From contig OX597829.1 of the NCBI GenBank assembly GCA_951406725.2, forward strand, positions 3,534,001-3,598,000: a stretch of 64,000 bases of DNA. The letters run 5' to 3'. This document shows positions 37,701 to 51,358 of the stretch, one piece after another (position 1 is the stretch's first letter; each line of letters begins with the position of its first letter). The stretch comes from Octopus vulgaris (taxonomy: Eukaryota). The notes under the pieces were generated by a model. That model saw only the letters and a list, made by a program, of their open reading frames with translations. It searched no databases and had not been told where the DNA came from. A program made the position numbers and the translations under genes.

Positions 37701-39091
37701 GTAAATATGTTAACAAAAGGGCTCAACTGATCTAAATTTAAACTTTCCAACAAAATTTCATGTTAGTTAATGTTCCAAACTCCAGCTTATTAATGACCAA
37801 ATATTTTACTAAATTCTTTATTATTCTAAAAATTAATTAAAACAGCAGTGTATTTCAAAAGAAATATGCTAATAAAAGGTTTGAAGTGATCTCAATTAAA
37901 ACCTTCCATCCAAATTTCTCTTTAACACCAGCTTAATAATTACAAAGTTACTTTACTAAATTTTTCATTATTTTCAAAATTATTTTAAATGAAATTGGTG
38001 TATAACAAACTATTCATACTCATTCTTATTACATTCTGTCAGGTTTGAACCTGAATATATGATTGCTGTTGTTTATTGTCCTCAGAAAACATCTCCTCTC
38101 TTTAGACAGTGCCTTCCTGTTTCAATTTGCCAGAATGTGTTAAGATTGAATAGATACATTATTGCTTGGATTCTTCATTTTCTGGATGCACCTCATGAAA
38201 GTCAGACTAATTCAATGGAAATATGTTAAAAAATGTTAATAGGTCACCGTGGCCTATTTATTGCAATTAGTAATTCAGCCATTCTTTTGGCTCTTTTGTG
38301 TTGCCTCTCGACTTGCTTAACATTTCTTATACGTCACATCATGCTTAATCACATTTCTACCTGGTCTGCCTAATTCTTCCATGTTCAGCATCCTTGTTTG
38401 TTGTTGCTGTACATCTTCACATCCTGTTAGTATTTGTCATTTAAATGTAAAGGTGATGCATTAGATACGAATAATTGCTGGAGTATCAAGCTGTTAAATC
38501 AGGAAATGAAGGTCACCGAGAGGGTCATAGCCCAACTAATTAAGGAGAGAGTCAGTCTAGATGAGATGCAGTTTGGATTCGTGCCAGGGACAAGCACCAC
38601 TGATGCTATATTTCTGGTAAAACAGCTGCAGAAGAAATACCTAGCCAAAGATAAACCTCTGTACCTGGCTTTTGTTGACATGGAGAAAGCCTTTGAAAGG
38701 GTCCCCCAATCCCTTATCTGGTAGTCAATGCAGAAACTAGAGGTAGATGAGTGGTTAGTGAGAGCTGTACAAGCAATTTACAGGGACGTTGTTAGATTTC
38801 AAGGCTGGCACAAATTTTTTAGCTTGATGTAATTAATTTGGGTCTACTCAGGCCACATTTTAAAAGATGAGGTATTTTGTCCTAGAGGTCATGCCTTTCA
38901 TTTGAGGAAAAAAATAGTTGGCATGCAAACTCGCCAGCACTTTTAACATAGGTGTGCATATTTGCAGCTCAACCGACCACATAATGCACACATTATATAT
39001 ACATATATATATATATACGCATTAAATATATATATGTACATATATATGCATTATATGTGTGTATGTATGCATTATATGTACAAATGTATAC

Positions 39092-39137
<46 letters not shown>

Positions 39138-39902
39138 CCCCACACATATATATAAATTAACCCAATAAATATCTGATTCATAATATTTGTTCTCATGATT
39201 GTTTGGTGGTGGTGGCAATAATAATTTTCTCTATGAATGCAGACAGACGTACAGAGAGAGAATGTGGGGGAAAGAGTGACAGAATTGGCGAAGGTGGCAG
39301 GAGAAAGAGAGTGGAAGCTGTCAAACGTCGTTATAGTTCAAAAGTAGAGGGAAGGGAGGAAAGAGAGAGAGATGGAGGAAGACAGGCAGATAACAGAAAG
39401 AGAAGCGACAGACAATTGTCAAAGTGTGGGTTTTTGTGCCCTAGTAACCATAGCTTTTGAGGTAGGGATTTCTAACCTAGCCCACTCGCATCCTCGCCTC
39501 ATTTTACATGTCCCTGTAAATTTTGGAGCAAATCTGACGGAATCTAGTGGCCTTTAACCTGTTCCAGTGCCAAAACCAGACAAACAAACAAACTTTTCAC
39601 ATTTCAGCATTATAATATAGAGATAAAATGGCAAATAAATGATACTAGAATTATGTGTGTTGAGCTACATATAATTCCACTCTTGGACAGTTCAGTAATT
39701 TATCAGATATTTTTCTTTTCTCTGTGAGAAGGAGTTATTGGCACATGACTCAACCCTTCTCCATTTTTCTAAAATGGGAATCTTTGAGTGGTCTCTCATC
39801 ACCATTTCCACAATCATCACCATCATCACCATTGTTATTTAAGTAAACCCTCATGAAATAATGACAAATGTATTTAATTCTTGTGAATTTTTCTTTCTGC
39901 AG

Positions 39903-39957
39903 CCTCAGATGATGGTCCAATATGTTCCATGACGTCCACTAGTCGAGAATTAATATG
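39903..39957 (+). CDS. THOC6: THOC6 exon 4
   Basis: gcag|...|gtaaat, 55 nt; (A)SDDGPICSMTSTSRELI resembles HDGPVYSMVSTDRHLL. Confidence 0.92.
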
Positions 39958-40147
39958 GTAAATATAAGATTTTAATTGCAGAATTTTTGTGGCTAAATGT
40001 CCTTCACATTTTAAACCTTTATCTGTTTCTAAGTAGAATTATATTTCCCTCATGGCCAGACCTGTTTCCTCAGAAGGTTGGAAATGAGGGACTCAGCTTG
40101 TATGACAATGATATTTGTTTATAACTATCATGGCATGTCAGGAGGAG

Positions 40148-40179
<32 letters not shown>

Positions 40180-41044
40180 GTGACAGGCTTTACCAAATTC
40201 ACTTGCAAGGCTTTGGTCAGCCCAGGGTTATAGCAAAAGATATTTGCCCAAGATACCATTCAGAGGGACTGAACCCAAAAAACTATATAATTGGAAAATT
40301 AACTTCTTAGTTGCTATACCTGCCCTTCAATAATAAAAAAATTATTTTACTTGATTTTACAAACTTCTACTGATATCAAATTCTTGATTATCTTCAAAAT
40401 AAATTAACTCTTTAACAATAAAACCGGCCATATCTGGTCCAAACATTGTACCTGTTTTATGTTCCAACTGGCCAGATCACATCTTCCCTAAATTATTCTT
40501 CTAAAAATATGAAATCACATCATTGTAATCTTTAACCCTTTCGTTACTGTATTTATTTTGAGATGCTCTGTGTTTCTTTCAATTACTTTAAATATAACAA
40601 AGAATTTAGTAAAATAACTTTGTTGTCATTCAGCTAGTGTTAGGAACATAAATTGTGACTAAGGTTTGGTGGAAGGTTTTAATTCAAAACTTAAGAAAAC
40701 AAGACATTTGTACTACAGAGCCAGAGGTGGTTTCAGCCGGGTTGGTCATGAAAGGGTTAAAATATGAGATAATGTGTGATTAAGTGAACATAACATGAAT
40801 GAACAAGCTTTGCATTTGACAGAATAATCTGAATGCTAAAAGGTTATAAACCCACAGAGTATTTCAGAAGAAATATGGTAATGAAGTGTTAAAAGATCTT
40901 ATAATCATAATTTTCTGAACTGAAGGTTTTCATTTCTGATTCATTGTCAACCGTAATTATAAAAGGAGAATAGAAATAGATTTTACAGAATGCCTTAAAA
41001 TATTTGATGATTGTCTATTAAATATTGTGAAAATATATTTTCAG

Positions 41045-41096
41045 TGGGTGCAGTGGTTACATAAAGGCATGGCTCTGGAGTCATATTATCAAACGA
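41045..41096 (+). CDS. THOC6: THOC6 exon 5
   Basis: tcag|...|gtaagt, 52 nt; (C)GCSGYIKAWLWSHIIKR resembles GDGEVKAWLWAEMLKK. Confidence 0.93.
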
Positions 41097-41558
41097 GTAA
41101 GTTGATTTAAATTCCCTTGAAGGAATGTTTTTTTTTTTTTTTTTATATTGTCATTTTTGTTTTTATTAAAGTTCACAAAACTTAGTGAATTACTATAGCA
41201 ACAAGGATAGAGTTAGTTCATCCATTCTTTTAAGCCTGTGTCAAAATTTAATATTGACCACAAAATGAAATTATTATTCTTGACAAACTTCCTTTTAGTT
41301 TTTAAGACTTCAATTTTTTTAAATTTCCTGCTGCTGCCCCTGCTAACACTACTATTTTTTTCAATTCAATTCAATTCAATTTTTATTGGCTCAAAAAGCA
41401 AAAGCAAGGCCATGTAGGGGGACAGGGAGTTATGTACAGGGAGGGTGTTCATACACAGAGTTCAGGCCATTTCTGGTCAAGAGAGACTTTGAACCGAGCG
41501 GTCGTCGGCATCTTCACTACCTTGTCCGGCAGCTTATTACTACTACTGCTGCTGCTGT

Positions 41559-41609
<51 letters not shown>

Positions 41610-42006
41610 CTACACCACCACCACTATAGGTGTTGAAGTTGCCTTCTTTGATTTTGTGTGCAAGACTATTTTAATATAAAGTTGTTAATGTCATGTAATA
41701 CCATTGCATACAAGACTACATCAATGTAAAGCTATTACGTATCACTAGAGAAAATCGGACAATGAACTGGCAAAGCTAGAGAAATACAGTGAAGCGATTA
41801 TGATTTGCTAATAAAAGTGTTGCTGAAATGAAGACCCATCATATATTGAAATTAAATTAAAGTTAAAGTATATTATCTCCCACTCCCTGCTCCTTACTTT
41901 ACAAATGTCTGTCATAGACCTAACGCTCACTTGTCTTTATTATTAAGTAAAAAAAAAAGAAGATAAACTCATTCTATTTATTTTTTTATTATCTTTTATT
42001 TTTCAG

Positions 42007-42047
42007 ACAAATAAATTGGCCTGGGCTTTGATTATACCCACAAAAAG
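42007..42047 (+). CDS. THOC6: THOC6 exon 6
   Basis: tttcag|...|gtaaag, 41 nt, phase 0/2; TNKLAWALIIPTK keeps frame between exons 5 and 7. Confidence 0.85.
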
Positions 42048-42217
42048 GTAAAGTGACAAAGATATATCACCTTTGGCTTGTTTTGTTTTGGTTGTAATTA
42101 AATAGTTTTAATGGTTTTAGCATTAGCACGACCTTTGAACATGAAAGACAGAATTAAAATTTGTTTCAAGAAAAAAAAAAACAGGTTGTTTTTGCTGTTG
42201 TTGAGAGAGAGAGAGAG

Positions 42218-42251
<34 letters not shown>

Positions 42252-42596
42252 TGAAAGATAGATAGGTACATAGTTGTTACCATAGTAACTAATGAGACTC
42301 ACTATATGCACATGAATAACAAATGTTTTTACTGGCAGTGTAGTGATGACTAAAGACCTAGTGATAATAATAACAGAATTGCCAAGTGTACAAAAAAAAC
42401 AAAAAATCTAGTGAATGGTGTAGATAGATTTTAAGAAGGCTTACGACATGTCACATTTGTGAATACTGGAAATACTCGACATGTGTTGCACTGAGGATGT
42501 GTGTGTGCACTACTCAAGAACAGCATGCCTATTTGGAAAACATGTCTTTTCTGTAACAATTAGCACTTAGCCGAGGTAATGATCAAAAGAGTTATT

Positions 42597-43014
42597 GGAT
42601 CTTTTCGGTTTGAACGGCAGTTTTTTCTAGCAGTGTCATATGAAATTGTCACCCATAATTATAACCCTTGAATCGATCTATTGCATTTCAATCTCTTTTA
42701 GGGTTAGGGGTGGGGGGAAGGGTATCTTTTTTTCTTCACAAATGTAAATAAGCCCAATCTGTTTCTTAAATGAGGGCCATTTTCATGTGACACAGAATGT
42801 TTTTTTTTTTACCTCAATAGACATCAGTGATTGGTTGAAATTGCAGAAATTGAAGAAAAAAAAACAACAAATATCTTACAAACCATAGAATTTTCTCAAT
42901 AAAACCAAGAGAAAAAGACATTTTATAAACACATTCTACCAGTATACGAAGTTTAAAAGTGCTTAGTTACGTGGAAATTATTTTAAAAAACTGCCGTTCA
43001 AACTGAAAAGATCC
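42597..43014 (+). mobile_element. Merlin-like MITE, copy 6, inserted in an R4/Dong-like LINE remnant
   Basis: Same TIRs; TSD GAGTTATT/GAGTTATC; splits the RT motif IKR(G)IFQGD. Confidence 0.9.
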
Positions 43015-43501
43015 GAGTTATCTTCCAGGGAGATTTTTGTTCACCTTTGTTATTTGTTACAGCCTTGGTCCTACTTTCTATGCAAAGTAAATTTACATTA
43101 TGAGCTGAAGAAAAACAGGCCATGGATGATTTAAAAACTGTTCACAAAAACAGAGAGTAAAATGAGAGACCGGTTGAGAGTGTAATAGATGTGCAGCAAG
43201 GATATAGGAATGGAAATTTGGATCTCTGAGTGTGTGGTGTTCAGTTTGAAACGGGGGGAAAAAGAGCAGATTGCAGGGGCATAGAACTTCCAAACATTGA
43301 GCAAATGGGAGAGCCAGATAATGATGGATACAAGTATCATAGGATCCTGAAGCTGGACAATATCTTGCATAGATATTGAAAAAAAATTGCATAGATGTTG
43401 CCATGAAAGACAATGTCACCATTAAGTATTTGAAGCGCCTCAAACTTCTCTTGAAGTCGAAACTCAATGTAAGCAGCCTTGTGACTGTCATTAACATAGG
43501 C

Positions 43502-43999
43502 CAGTGGTTCCCAAACTTTTTAGAGTCGCGACCCACTATTTATCTCACCAGTTTCTGACAACCCACTTAACTCTAACGAGTAAAAACATTAATGAAATTA
43601 ACAAATTTATTTCAGATTACATCTTCAGTGAGGCCTGTGAGAAGGATGAGCCTGTTTCTTGCTACGCTCAATAATAGAATTAACATCAGGTTCAATGCGT
43701 GATAGTTTCAGGCGTAAAGAATTTGAGAGCTGCAGTTTATTTCGATATTTGCTTTTAATCCCAACCATTGCTGACAATCCAGCTTCACAAATATAAGATG
43801 ACGTGAAAGGGAGAAGTACATTTAGTGCTTCGGTGGAAATGGTTGGGTACGAGGTTTGAAGAGACGCCCAGAACTGTACCAATTCTCGATAGACAGCAGT
43901 TAATCAAAGCTAATGCGTAATTTTATAAATTTTCGCGACCCACTAAGATTCTGTTTGTGACTCATCTGTGGGTCGCGACTCATATTTTGGGAACCACTG
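43502..43999 (-). mobile_element. Internally deleted hAT (Buster/Charlie-type) DNA transposon carrying the transposase C-terminal dimerisation region
   Basis: TIRs CAGTGGTTCCCAA; perfect 8-bp TSD ACATAGGC; ORF 43625-43882(-) has FW...YP...LLPFTSSYICEAGLS...KSKYRNKL...QAHPSH. Confidence 0.93.
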
Positions 44000-45014
44000 A
44001 CATAGGCTATTGCTGTAGTCTGCTGCAGTGCAGCCATTCTGAAATGGACACAAGCAGAGATTGACCAACTTGATTGCACTATTTGAAAGATGATGACAGT
44101 ACATGGTGCCCTCTACCTTAAGGTGAACATACATAGGCTGTATATAAAGAGGGATAAAGGTGGATCTGTATATGAAGAGGGATAAAGGTGGATGCGGCTT
44201 GATTAGTGTCTGGAAATGCATCAACAGTGAAAGAAGAAATATCATAGAGTAGTTGTTAAACAGTGAATAAGACCTGCTAACTGAATATGCTGCTAATGCA
44301 GAATGATTTATTGACAATAGACTTGAGAGTGCTAATGAATTCCAATCATAAATAACCAAAGAGGGAGAAGAAATTCTACTCCTCATGGAATTACATGGTC
44401 AGTTCCACCGTGAAACTAACAACTTAAAAGACCAGGAAGCAATAATAGTGCACTCAGAAAGAGGACTGAAAGCCTAATCATTGCTGCCCAGGACTGGGCA
44501 GTGAATACCAACTCAGTGAAAAGGGATATATACCACACAAGTGCAATGAATTTGCAGAATCTGTAGGAAGAAAGTTGAAAGCATGACTCACATCATTGGC
44601 GCTTGTGGAAGTCTTGTGCAGAAAGAGTACAAGTGCAGGCATGACCAGGTAGACATGACCAGTGTAGACATGACCAGGTGGCTCAAAACTGCACTGGCTA
44701 CTATACCAGAAATATGGATAAATTGCTGTCTGTCTGATGTCCTTGTTGTGACTTGATAGAAGGTACAAATCCCTGAGTGGCAATTTTAAATGGTTGGAAC
44801 TTTTGTATCTGCTGTAGGGCAAAATGTGTTTTTTTGTGGGGCGTGGAGGTGGCAAACTGAAGGGCCGCCCCGGGTGGCGCACACTCTAACTATGCTAGTG
44901 TGAATACTGTGCAACATCTTCAACAGCAACAACAACAACAACAACAACAATATAGTAGTAGTAGTAGTAGTAGTAGTACTAGTAGTAATTTATTGTTTTG
45001 CTTTCTGTTTGTAG

Positions 45015-45057
45015 CTTTTCTGTTTCTGAGATTAATTCCATGGTTACTGATAACAAG
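45015..45057 (+). CDS. THOC6: THOC6 exon 7
   Basis: gtag|...|gtaagt, 43 nt, phase 2/0; (S)FSVSEINSMVTDNK resembles LEVPEINALLLVPK. Confidence 0.88.
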
Positions 45058-47005
45058 GTAAGTTCATGTGGAAATTTTCACTTTATAATTTTTCAAATCT
45101 TGAGTTTTTATCATTATGCTTTTGTGAAGGTGTTTTTTTTTTTAAACACTGTCAACATCATTATCAACAATGGCTCCTGTTAAACCATCCAACCCATACC
45201 AGCATGCAAGGCAGTTGTTAAATGATGATGATGATGATGATAAAAAAGATGAGTGTGTGTGAGTGGTGTATGTGTCTATGCATGTAGGTATATATATATA
45301 TATCATCATCATCATCATCATATAATAATAATTATTTGAGGAAATATTATTCCTAACTTACAAGGAAAAATTCAATTTAGAAATACTAAATCAAATTTCA
45401 CAAAATATAATATGTACATATGTAAATTAGAAAAAAATCACCTTTTATCAATTTAATTGTTCATTTTTAATTGATAAAAGGTGTTTTTTCTAATATCATC
45501 ATCATCATCATCATCATCGTCGTTTAGCGTCCGTTTTCCATGCTAGCATGGGTTGGACGGTTCTACTGGGGTCTGTGAAGCCAGAAGGCTTCATCAGGCC
45601 CAGTCAAATCTGGCAGTGTTTCTACGGCTGGATGCCCTTCCTAACGCCAACCACTCCGTGTGTTAAGGCAGTATACACAACAATGTATATATTTATAAAT
45701 ATGTATGTAGTTATACGATAGTAAAAAACTAAAATAAATGGTAAAAAACATTCCAAATTGAAAAGAAATCCCTCCTCCTCCCTCTCTCTACTACTTATCT
45801 GTCTGTCTCTCTATCTATCCATCCATCCATCTACCTACCCATTCCCCACCCTCCTTCCTCTCTTCCTTTCCTTCCTTCCTTCCTTTTTAAGCAAAACAAA
45901 TAAAAAAACCCACCTGATTTATATAAATGAACAAACTGGTTTACACATTCACAATGTTACTTGACAAGTTTGAAGACCAATGAAAGCGCTCATAATAATG
46001 ACTAAATAAAAAAATTATTTTTCCTAAATTCTGGTGACCTCTTTTCTCAGTATTCACTATCTGTACATCACTTCTAGCATTCTATAAGTATATGCATACA
46101 CACACACACATACAAAAAAAAATACACTTTAATAGAAATAAAGTTTCCCCAAAATTAAACATATCTAATATAATAAACGTGAATGCCAGTGTGTCATACT
46201 TACAATTTCAATAAATCCTTTCTGCTCGAAGCACAAGGCATCAAATTTTGGGAGAAGCAATTAAGTTGATTACATTGACCCCAGTATGTAACTGGTACTA
46301 ATTTTATCGACCCCCAAAATGATGAGAGGCAAAGTTGACCTCAACGGAATTCAAACTCAAAACCTAATGGTGGATGAAATACAGCTAAGCATTTTGCCTG
46401 GTGTGCTAATGATTCTGCCAGCTTGCTGCCTTAATATATAATATAATAATCTGATATAATAAATGTGAATGTCAGTGTGTCAGTGTGTCACACTTTTTCA
46501 ACTTTACTCCTAGAGGCCGTAGCCCAACATATCATAGCATTTTGGAATCAGGCTGACTCCATGAGTAAATTAAAAACATTCCGGGCCGAATCTGGACCCA
46601 CAATCCTGAAATTTTGGATTCCCAAGTTTTTGTTACTGTAATTGTTTTTGGCAATTTTTTTATGTGACTTTTTGCGACGAATATGATCATCATTGAGATG
46701 TGACTCTGGAGGAAGCAATTGCAACAAATTCTCCAAAACAAGTCAGAGATCTGTTTGCAGATCTTTCCATTCAGGGTCAGTTGCTTAAAAGCTGCCTGAC
46801 GGGGCTGCTTTTAAGCTTGTTATATATAATTTCCTCCACTCAACACAACAATATATATCAGTTTAACTGATTTTAAATAGCTTCAGCATGACCTGTTGGA
46901 AATAGCAACTAAATCTCCCTCTAATTACACCCTGCCATTTAGAAATAGACAATGTTGTTGATAGGATATCCAAAGTGATAGAATTGTCATTTTCATTGTT
47001 TAAAG

Positions 47006-47240
47006 CAGTGATTCCCAAAGGGGGCAGTGGAATGATCCAGCTGGGCATTGAAGAAATGTGGGGTGATAATGGGGTGGTCAAAAGGGGACAATGGATGTAA
47101 AAAGACCCCACCAAAATAACGGATTATTGTGAATTTGCTGCAGGAAATAGTCAATGGTTGTGGTGGTGGTGAGTGGGGCACTGGGAATGAGGCCAGGGTG
47201 CCAAGGGGACAGCAGCCTGAAAAAGGTTTGGCAACCACTG
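47006..47240. mobile_element. hAT-type MITE
   Basis: CAGTGATTCCCAAA / TTTGGCAACCACTG ends; TSD GTTTAAAG/GTTTAAAA. Confidence 0.75.
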
Positions 47241-47599
47241 GTTTAAAACATCAATAGTTTCGATTTTTAATATCCAACATACATCTGAAATAATATATTG
47301 TTTTTATACCTCTGTTCAAGTAGGCCAGCTCAAAGCATTCCAGCCATGAGCATCACAACTGATTTAAAGAAAATATAACCATGGCTACATTATTGAATGT
47401 GTCCTTCCTTTTTTTAAGAACTTGAGCAATGATTTCTGAGGAATTAGGATACTGCTTCTAATGGGCTTAACAATTATGTTGATGCTCCTTCATTGGTATG
47501 ATGTAGATGTGAGTGTGTGTGTATGCATGTATGTTTCCTCTATAATAAATATTGTTGATGATTTCAACTTAAAAGTACTTTTGCTTCTTTCAACATCAG

Positions 47600-47677
47600 A
47601 ATGGAGAGAAAAACCTTTATGCTGGATGTGGTGACAATCTTATCTACATTTATGATCTAGAAACTGGCTCATTAAAG
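47600..47677 (+). CDS. THOC6: THOC6 exon 8
   Basis: tcag|...|gtaaat, 78 nt; NGEKNLYAGCGDNLIYIYDLETGSLK carries the DLETG motif. Confidence 0.95.
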
Positions 47678-48851
47678 GTAAATTTTATCAAAATTATAAT
47701 TATTATTGTTATTAATAATATTGCTTTTGTTAATATTAGTTCCAAATTTTAGCACAAGGCCAGCAGTTTTGGAGGAGGGTATAAGTCAATTACTGTTGTG
47801 GTAAGAGTTATGATGCCCCCTTGTGAGAGATAGATAAGTCCAAGTAAAGTATAATTAGTAACAGTCTAAGTGAGTTCAAAGTTTAGAGTTTGGAATCGTC
47901 TTAACCAGTTAAAGATGAGATATACAGAAGAACAAAGGGTAATACCAATGGAAGTTTTCTATGATATGTTTGAAGTGCCAGCACTAAGAGATATTGCACC
48001 CCATAGAATTAGCTTCAGAAAACGAAAATGGACTGAACATCTGGAAGTAATACCTAACAGAAAAGATATTAGATTTTCAAAAAAAAACCCAGTGCTAACA
48101 AGAATATAGCGAAAGAGTGCTGTGTGCAATGAACAGTAATACCTTAAAAATCAGGCAACAATTAAAATACAACAGCTTTAAAAAAAAAAAAGAGGGAGTG
48201 GTGCTGGAAAGAAAAAGAAAGAGAAAAGAAATTCTACTTTCTCACAGTAGTCAAAATCTCAAAAGGGGAGATGTGATCAGATTTACAACACCTCCTTGTG
48301 ATAGACTGGTGTGAGTAAACTATAAATAGTAACAAGTGAGTTCAAGGTTCAGAGTAAAATGTATAGTAGCGAAAAGCAGAGAGGTATCAGTTGCAGGCAA
48401 GAAGTGTCCAGCAGTGGGATTGCTAGATTCTGGGATTTCTGCAAATTTGCATGTCATCAACAGCAGATGTCCACTATACATAATGTTTTCTCTAAAGTCA
48501 GTACCACAATATTGTGATGTTAGAGAAATAAACATATTTGAAAAAAAATCTCAGAAGTAGGTGCTAGCTTGACTCTGATCAAAGAATTATATAGAACATT
48601 TAAAATAAAAACAATAAAAAAAATCATCCAAAAATCTTTTGGTTTTGATTTATCAATTTTACTTTAAATTTTCCTATATTTTCTATATATTTGCATGCAG
48701 TTGCTATTGGACTTACTGTTATTAACAACAACAGCAACAATAGCAGTAGCAACAAAAACAACTGCTTCTAATATCTGAAAAGTGAAAAAAGAATATTTTA
48801 ATTTGTAAGTATTTTTGGAAATTTTTTAAAAACTAAATTTTATCATTGCAG

Positions 48852-48954
48852 TCAACATTGTCAGGACACAAAGATTATATACATTGTGTGACACTGTGTA
48901 ACACTCGGCAAGAATGTGTATCTGCTGCTGAAGATGGCACTGTCCGAATCTGGG
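48852..48954 (+). CDS. THOC6: THOC6 exon 9
   Basis: gcag|...|gtaagt, 103 nt; STLSGHKDYIHCVTLCNTRQECVSAAEDGTVRIW(D) is a canonical GH...WD repeat. Confidence 0.97.
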
Positions 48955-49257
48955 GTAAGTTGTGTTTCAGTTTAAAAAAAAAAACAACAAAACCTTAAAG
49001 CAAATCAGTTAAATACCAGAATTAGAGAGAATTTATGGTATGTTATTTTACTGATCCCAGAAGGATAAAAATCAAAAATAACCTTGGTAGAATTTGAACT
49101 CAAAACATAAAGGAGTGTGATGAAAATACTGCAAGGTATTTAAATATAAAAACGTTGTAGTTTGCTTGAAACATTTTAGTGTAGAAGTAGAAAATATAGA
49201 AAGCTTCTAAGAATGCAGAAAGTTGTTTAAAAAACTTAATATTTCTGGTGCAAAAAA

Positions 49258-49293
49258 CTTAACATTTCTGGTGCAAGTGCCCATCATCAGAAG
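49258..49293 (-). ncRNA. Minimal type-I hammerhead ribozyme-like motif
   Basis: Minus strand reads CUU CUGAUGA UGGGCACUUGCACCA GAAAU GUU AAG, giving stem I, core, stem II and a minimal stem III. Confidence 0.55.
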
Positions 49294-50544
49294 GAAGCAG
49301 TCCATAAAATGTCTAGTTACACCAGTTTTGTTGTTTTATTTAAATATTTTTAAAATATTTAATAAGAGGTGGAATAGCAGAGCCCATGTGACATTTAAGG
49401 ACCTTTGAAACCAGTGGGAGGTCAGAATCATCATCATCATCATCATTGTTTAATGTCTGCTTTCCATGCTAGCATGGGTTGGACAGTTCAACTGGGGTCT
49501 GGGAAGCCAGGAGGCTGCACCAGTCCCAGTCTGATCTGGCAGTGTTTCTATAGCTGGATGCCCTTCCTAATGCCAACCATTCCGTGAGTGTAGTGGGTGC
49601 TTTTTACGTGCCAGACGAGGCTGGCAAACGGCCACGATCGGTTGGTGCTTTGTACGTGCCACCAGCACGGAGGCCAGAAGTCGAATCAAGAAAGAAAGGT
49701 CAGGCTTGGCCGAACACCGGTCACGTGGGGAGAGAAGAGAGAGAGAGAGAGAGATCGAGGCAGAGAGATAGAAGAATTAAGGAGGGGCGAGAAAAAATGA
49801 AAGGGATAGAGTGAAGTGAAAGAGGAGCGAAGGTGAGCATGAAGAGAAGGCAAGGAAATGTGAGAGAGGGGGAACAAAAGAACGAAGAGTGGAATGAATG
49901 AAGTAAGTGTGAAGGGGCTGATAGAAAGAAGGAAAGAATGAAAGAATAATAGAGTCGTACAAAATTTAGATATATATATATATATACTTACATGTAAGAG
50001 ACCAAAGTGTATGTATGCCGCTATATTTTTATATATAAAAAATACAAAAATGGGACAAGAACACAAAACATCCAGACAGATGATACAAAGAAAACAAGGA
50101 TGGGTCATTCAGGGTTTTCTTTCCTCAGTCGAGTTCCATATTATCTTTGCAATTTTGGCTGGTTATACTTGAGATTGCTCCAGTCTGGCCAGCCCCAAGG
50201 AAAAACTAAGCTAAGAGCACTAGATTCCTTGGAAGAAAGCAGTGAATGTCTATGAAAACAAGGACAGAAAAAACAGAAATGGTACACAAATACAAATAAC
50301 AGGACATAACAACAGGTGTCTTTCAACTAAGGACGAATTAAATTAAGCTGGTGTGTGTGGAAATGAAGCCTTACGGTGGGGATACAAGAATTCACAAACA
50401 CAGGGAGGAATATCGATATTGTGCGGACAACGGCCAGATCAAGAAAGAAAGAACTGGCTTACTTGAACGTTGGTCATTATTTTTTTATTGTATTTGTGTA
50501 ACATTGTCTGCGGGGCCTGGCATCCAGCTGTCCAAAAGTGTGTT

Positions 50545-51358
50545 AGGCTGTTCGAGGAAAAGCTAGCTGGATGTGTAATGTCAGTGTGCACACATGACAG
50601 AGTGTAAGCGCCCTGAGAGAAATGCTGGACATAAGAAGCATTATATGTGGCGTACAAGAGAGATGTTTGCGCTGGTATGGTCATGTACTACGGATGGGTG
50701 AGGAGAGATGTGTGAAGAAGTGCCACTCCCAAACAGTTGAAGGAATCCTGGGTAGAGGTAGACCCTGGAAGACATGGGATGAGGTGGTCAAGCATGACCT
50801 TTGAACGTTAGGCCTCACAGAGGCAATGATGAAAGAACGAGATCTCTGGAGATATGCTGTGACTGTGAAGACCCGACAAATAACGTGAGTTCATGGCTGT
50901 TTCCTGCACCAGCTTCACATAGCAGCCCCAGCCCATCCAAAGTATCTTGGATCGCAGGACAGCCTGCTGTGCTTGTGGAGACCTATTGAGTCAATTACAT
51001 CAACATCAAATAAAAATCAAATGGAAATTGTAGTTGTGATACTTGTGTCGGTGGCATGTAAAAAGCACCATCCAAACGTGGCCAATGCCAGCGCCACCTT
51101 GACTTGCTTCAGTGCTGGTGGCATGTAAAAAGCACCAGCCAATCGTGGTCGTTGCCAGCCTCCCCTGGCACCTGTGCCGGAGGCACATAAAAAGCACCCA
51201 CTACACTCACGGAGTGTTTGGCATTAGGAAGGGCATCCAGTTGTAGAAACACTGCCAGATCAGATTGGAGCCTGGTGCCGCCTCCTGGCTTCCCAGATCC
51301 CAGTCGAACCGTCCAACCCATGCTAGCATGGAAAACGGACGTTAAATGATGATGATGA
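50545..51358 (+). mobile_element. RTE LINE 3' end. Other fragments of the family (approximate): 2190-2760, 8880-9220, 31950-32152, 32915-33250, 33900-34160, 38435-38790 (+); 30580-30725, 31473-31800, 35290-35780, 37245-37395, 45496-45660, 49427-49680, 55105-55330, 60414-60735 (-)
   Basis: Shared tail ...GTTAGGAAGGGCATCCAGC...CCATGCTAGCATGGAAA(G/A)CGGACGTTAAACGATGATG and/or RT motifs (DEMQFGFVPG, AFVDMEKAF). Confidence 0.88.

Larger units (their letters stand above)
42400..44720 (+). mobile_element. Decayed R4/Dong-like (RLE-type) non-LTR retrotransposon with two nested DNA-transposon insertions
   Basis: Frame-broken motifs IDFKKAYD, IFQGD..SPLLF, KRLKLLLKSKLN, LYMKRDKGG.GL, LHGQF, LIIAAQD, CRIC...HIIGAC...RHDQV. 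Confidence 0.8.

Noticed and set aside
47795-48560. Possible LTR/gag remnant in intron 8
   Set aside because: No diagnostic motif could be read in any frame.
50130-50210. Hammerhead-like geometry on the minus strand (GCUGG/CCAGC stem)
   Set aside because: Neither CUGANGA nor GAAA is intact; too degenerate to call.
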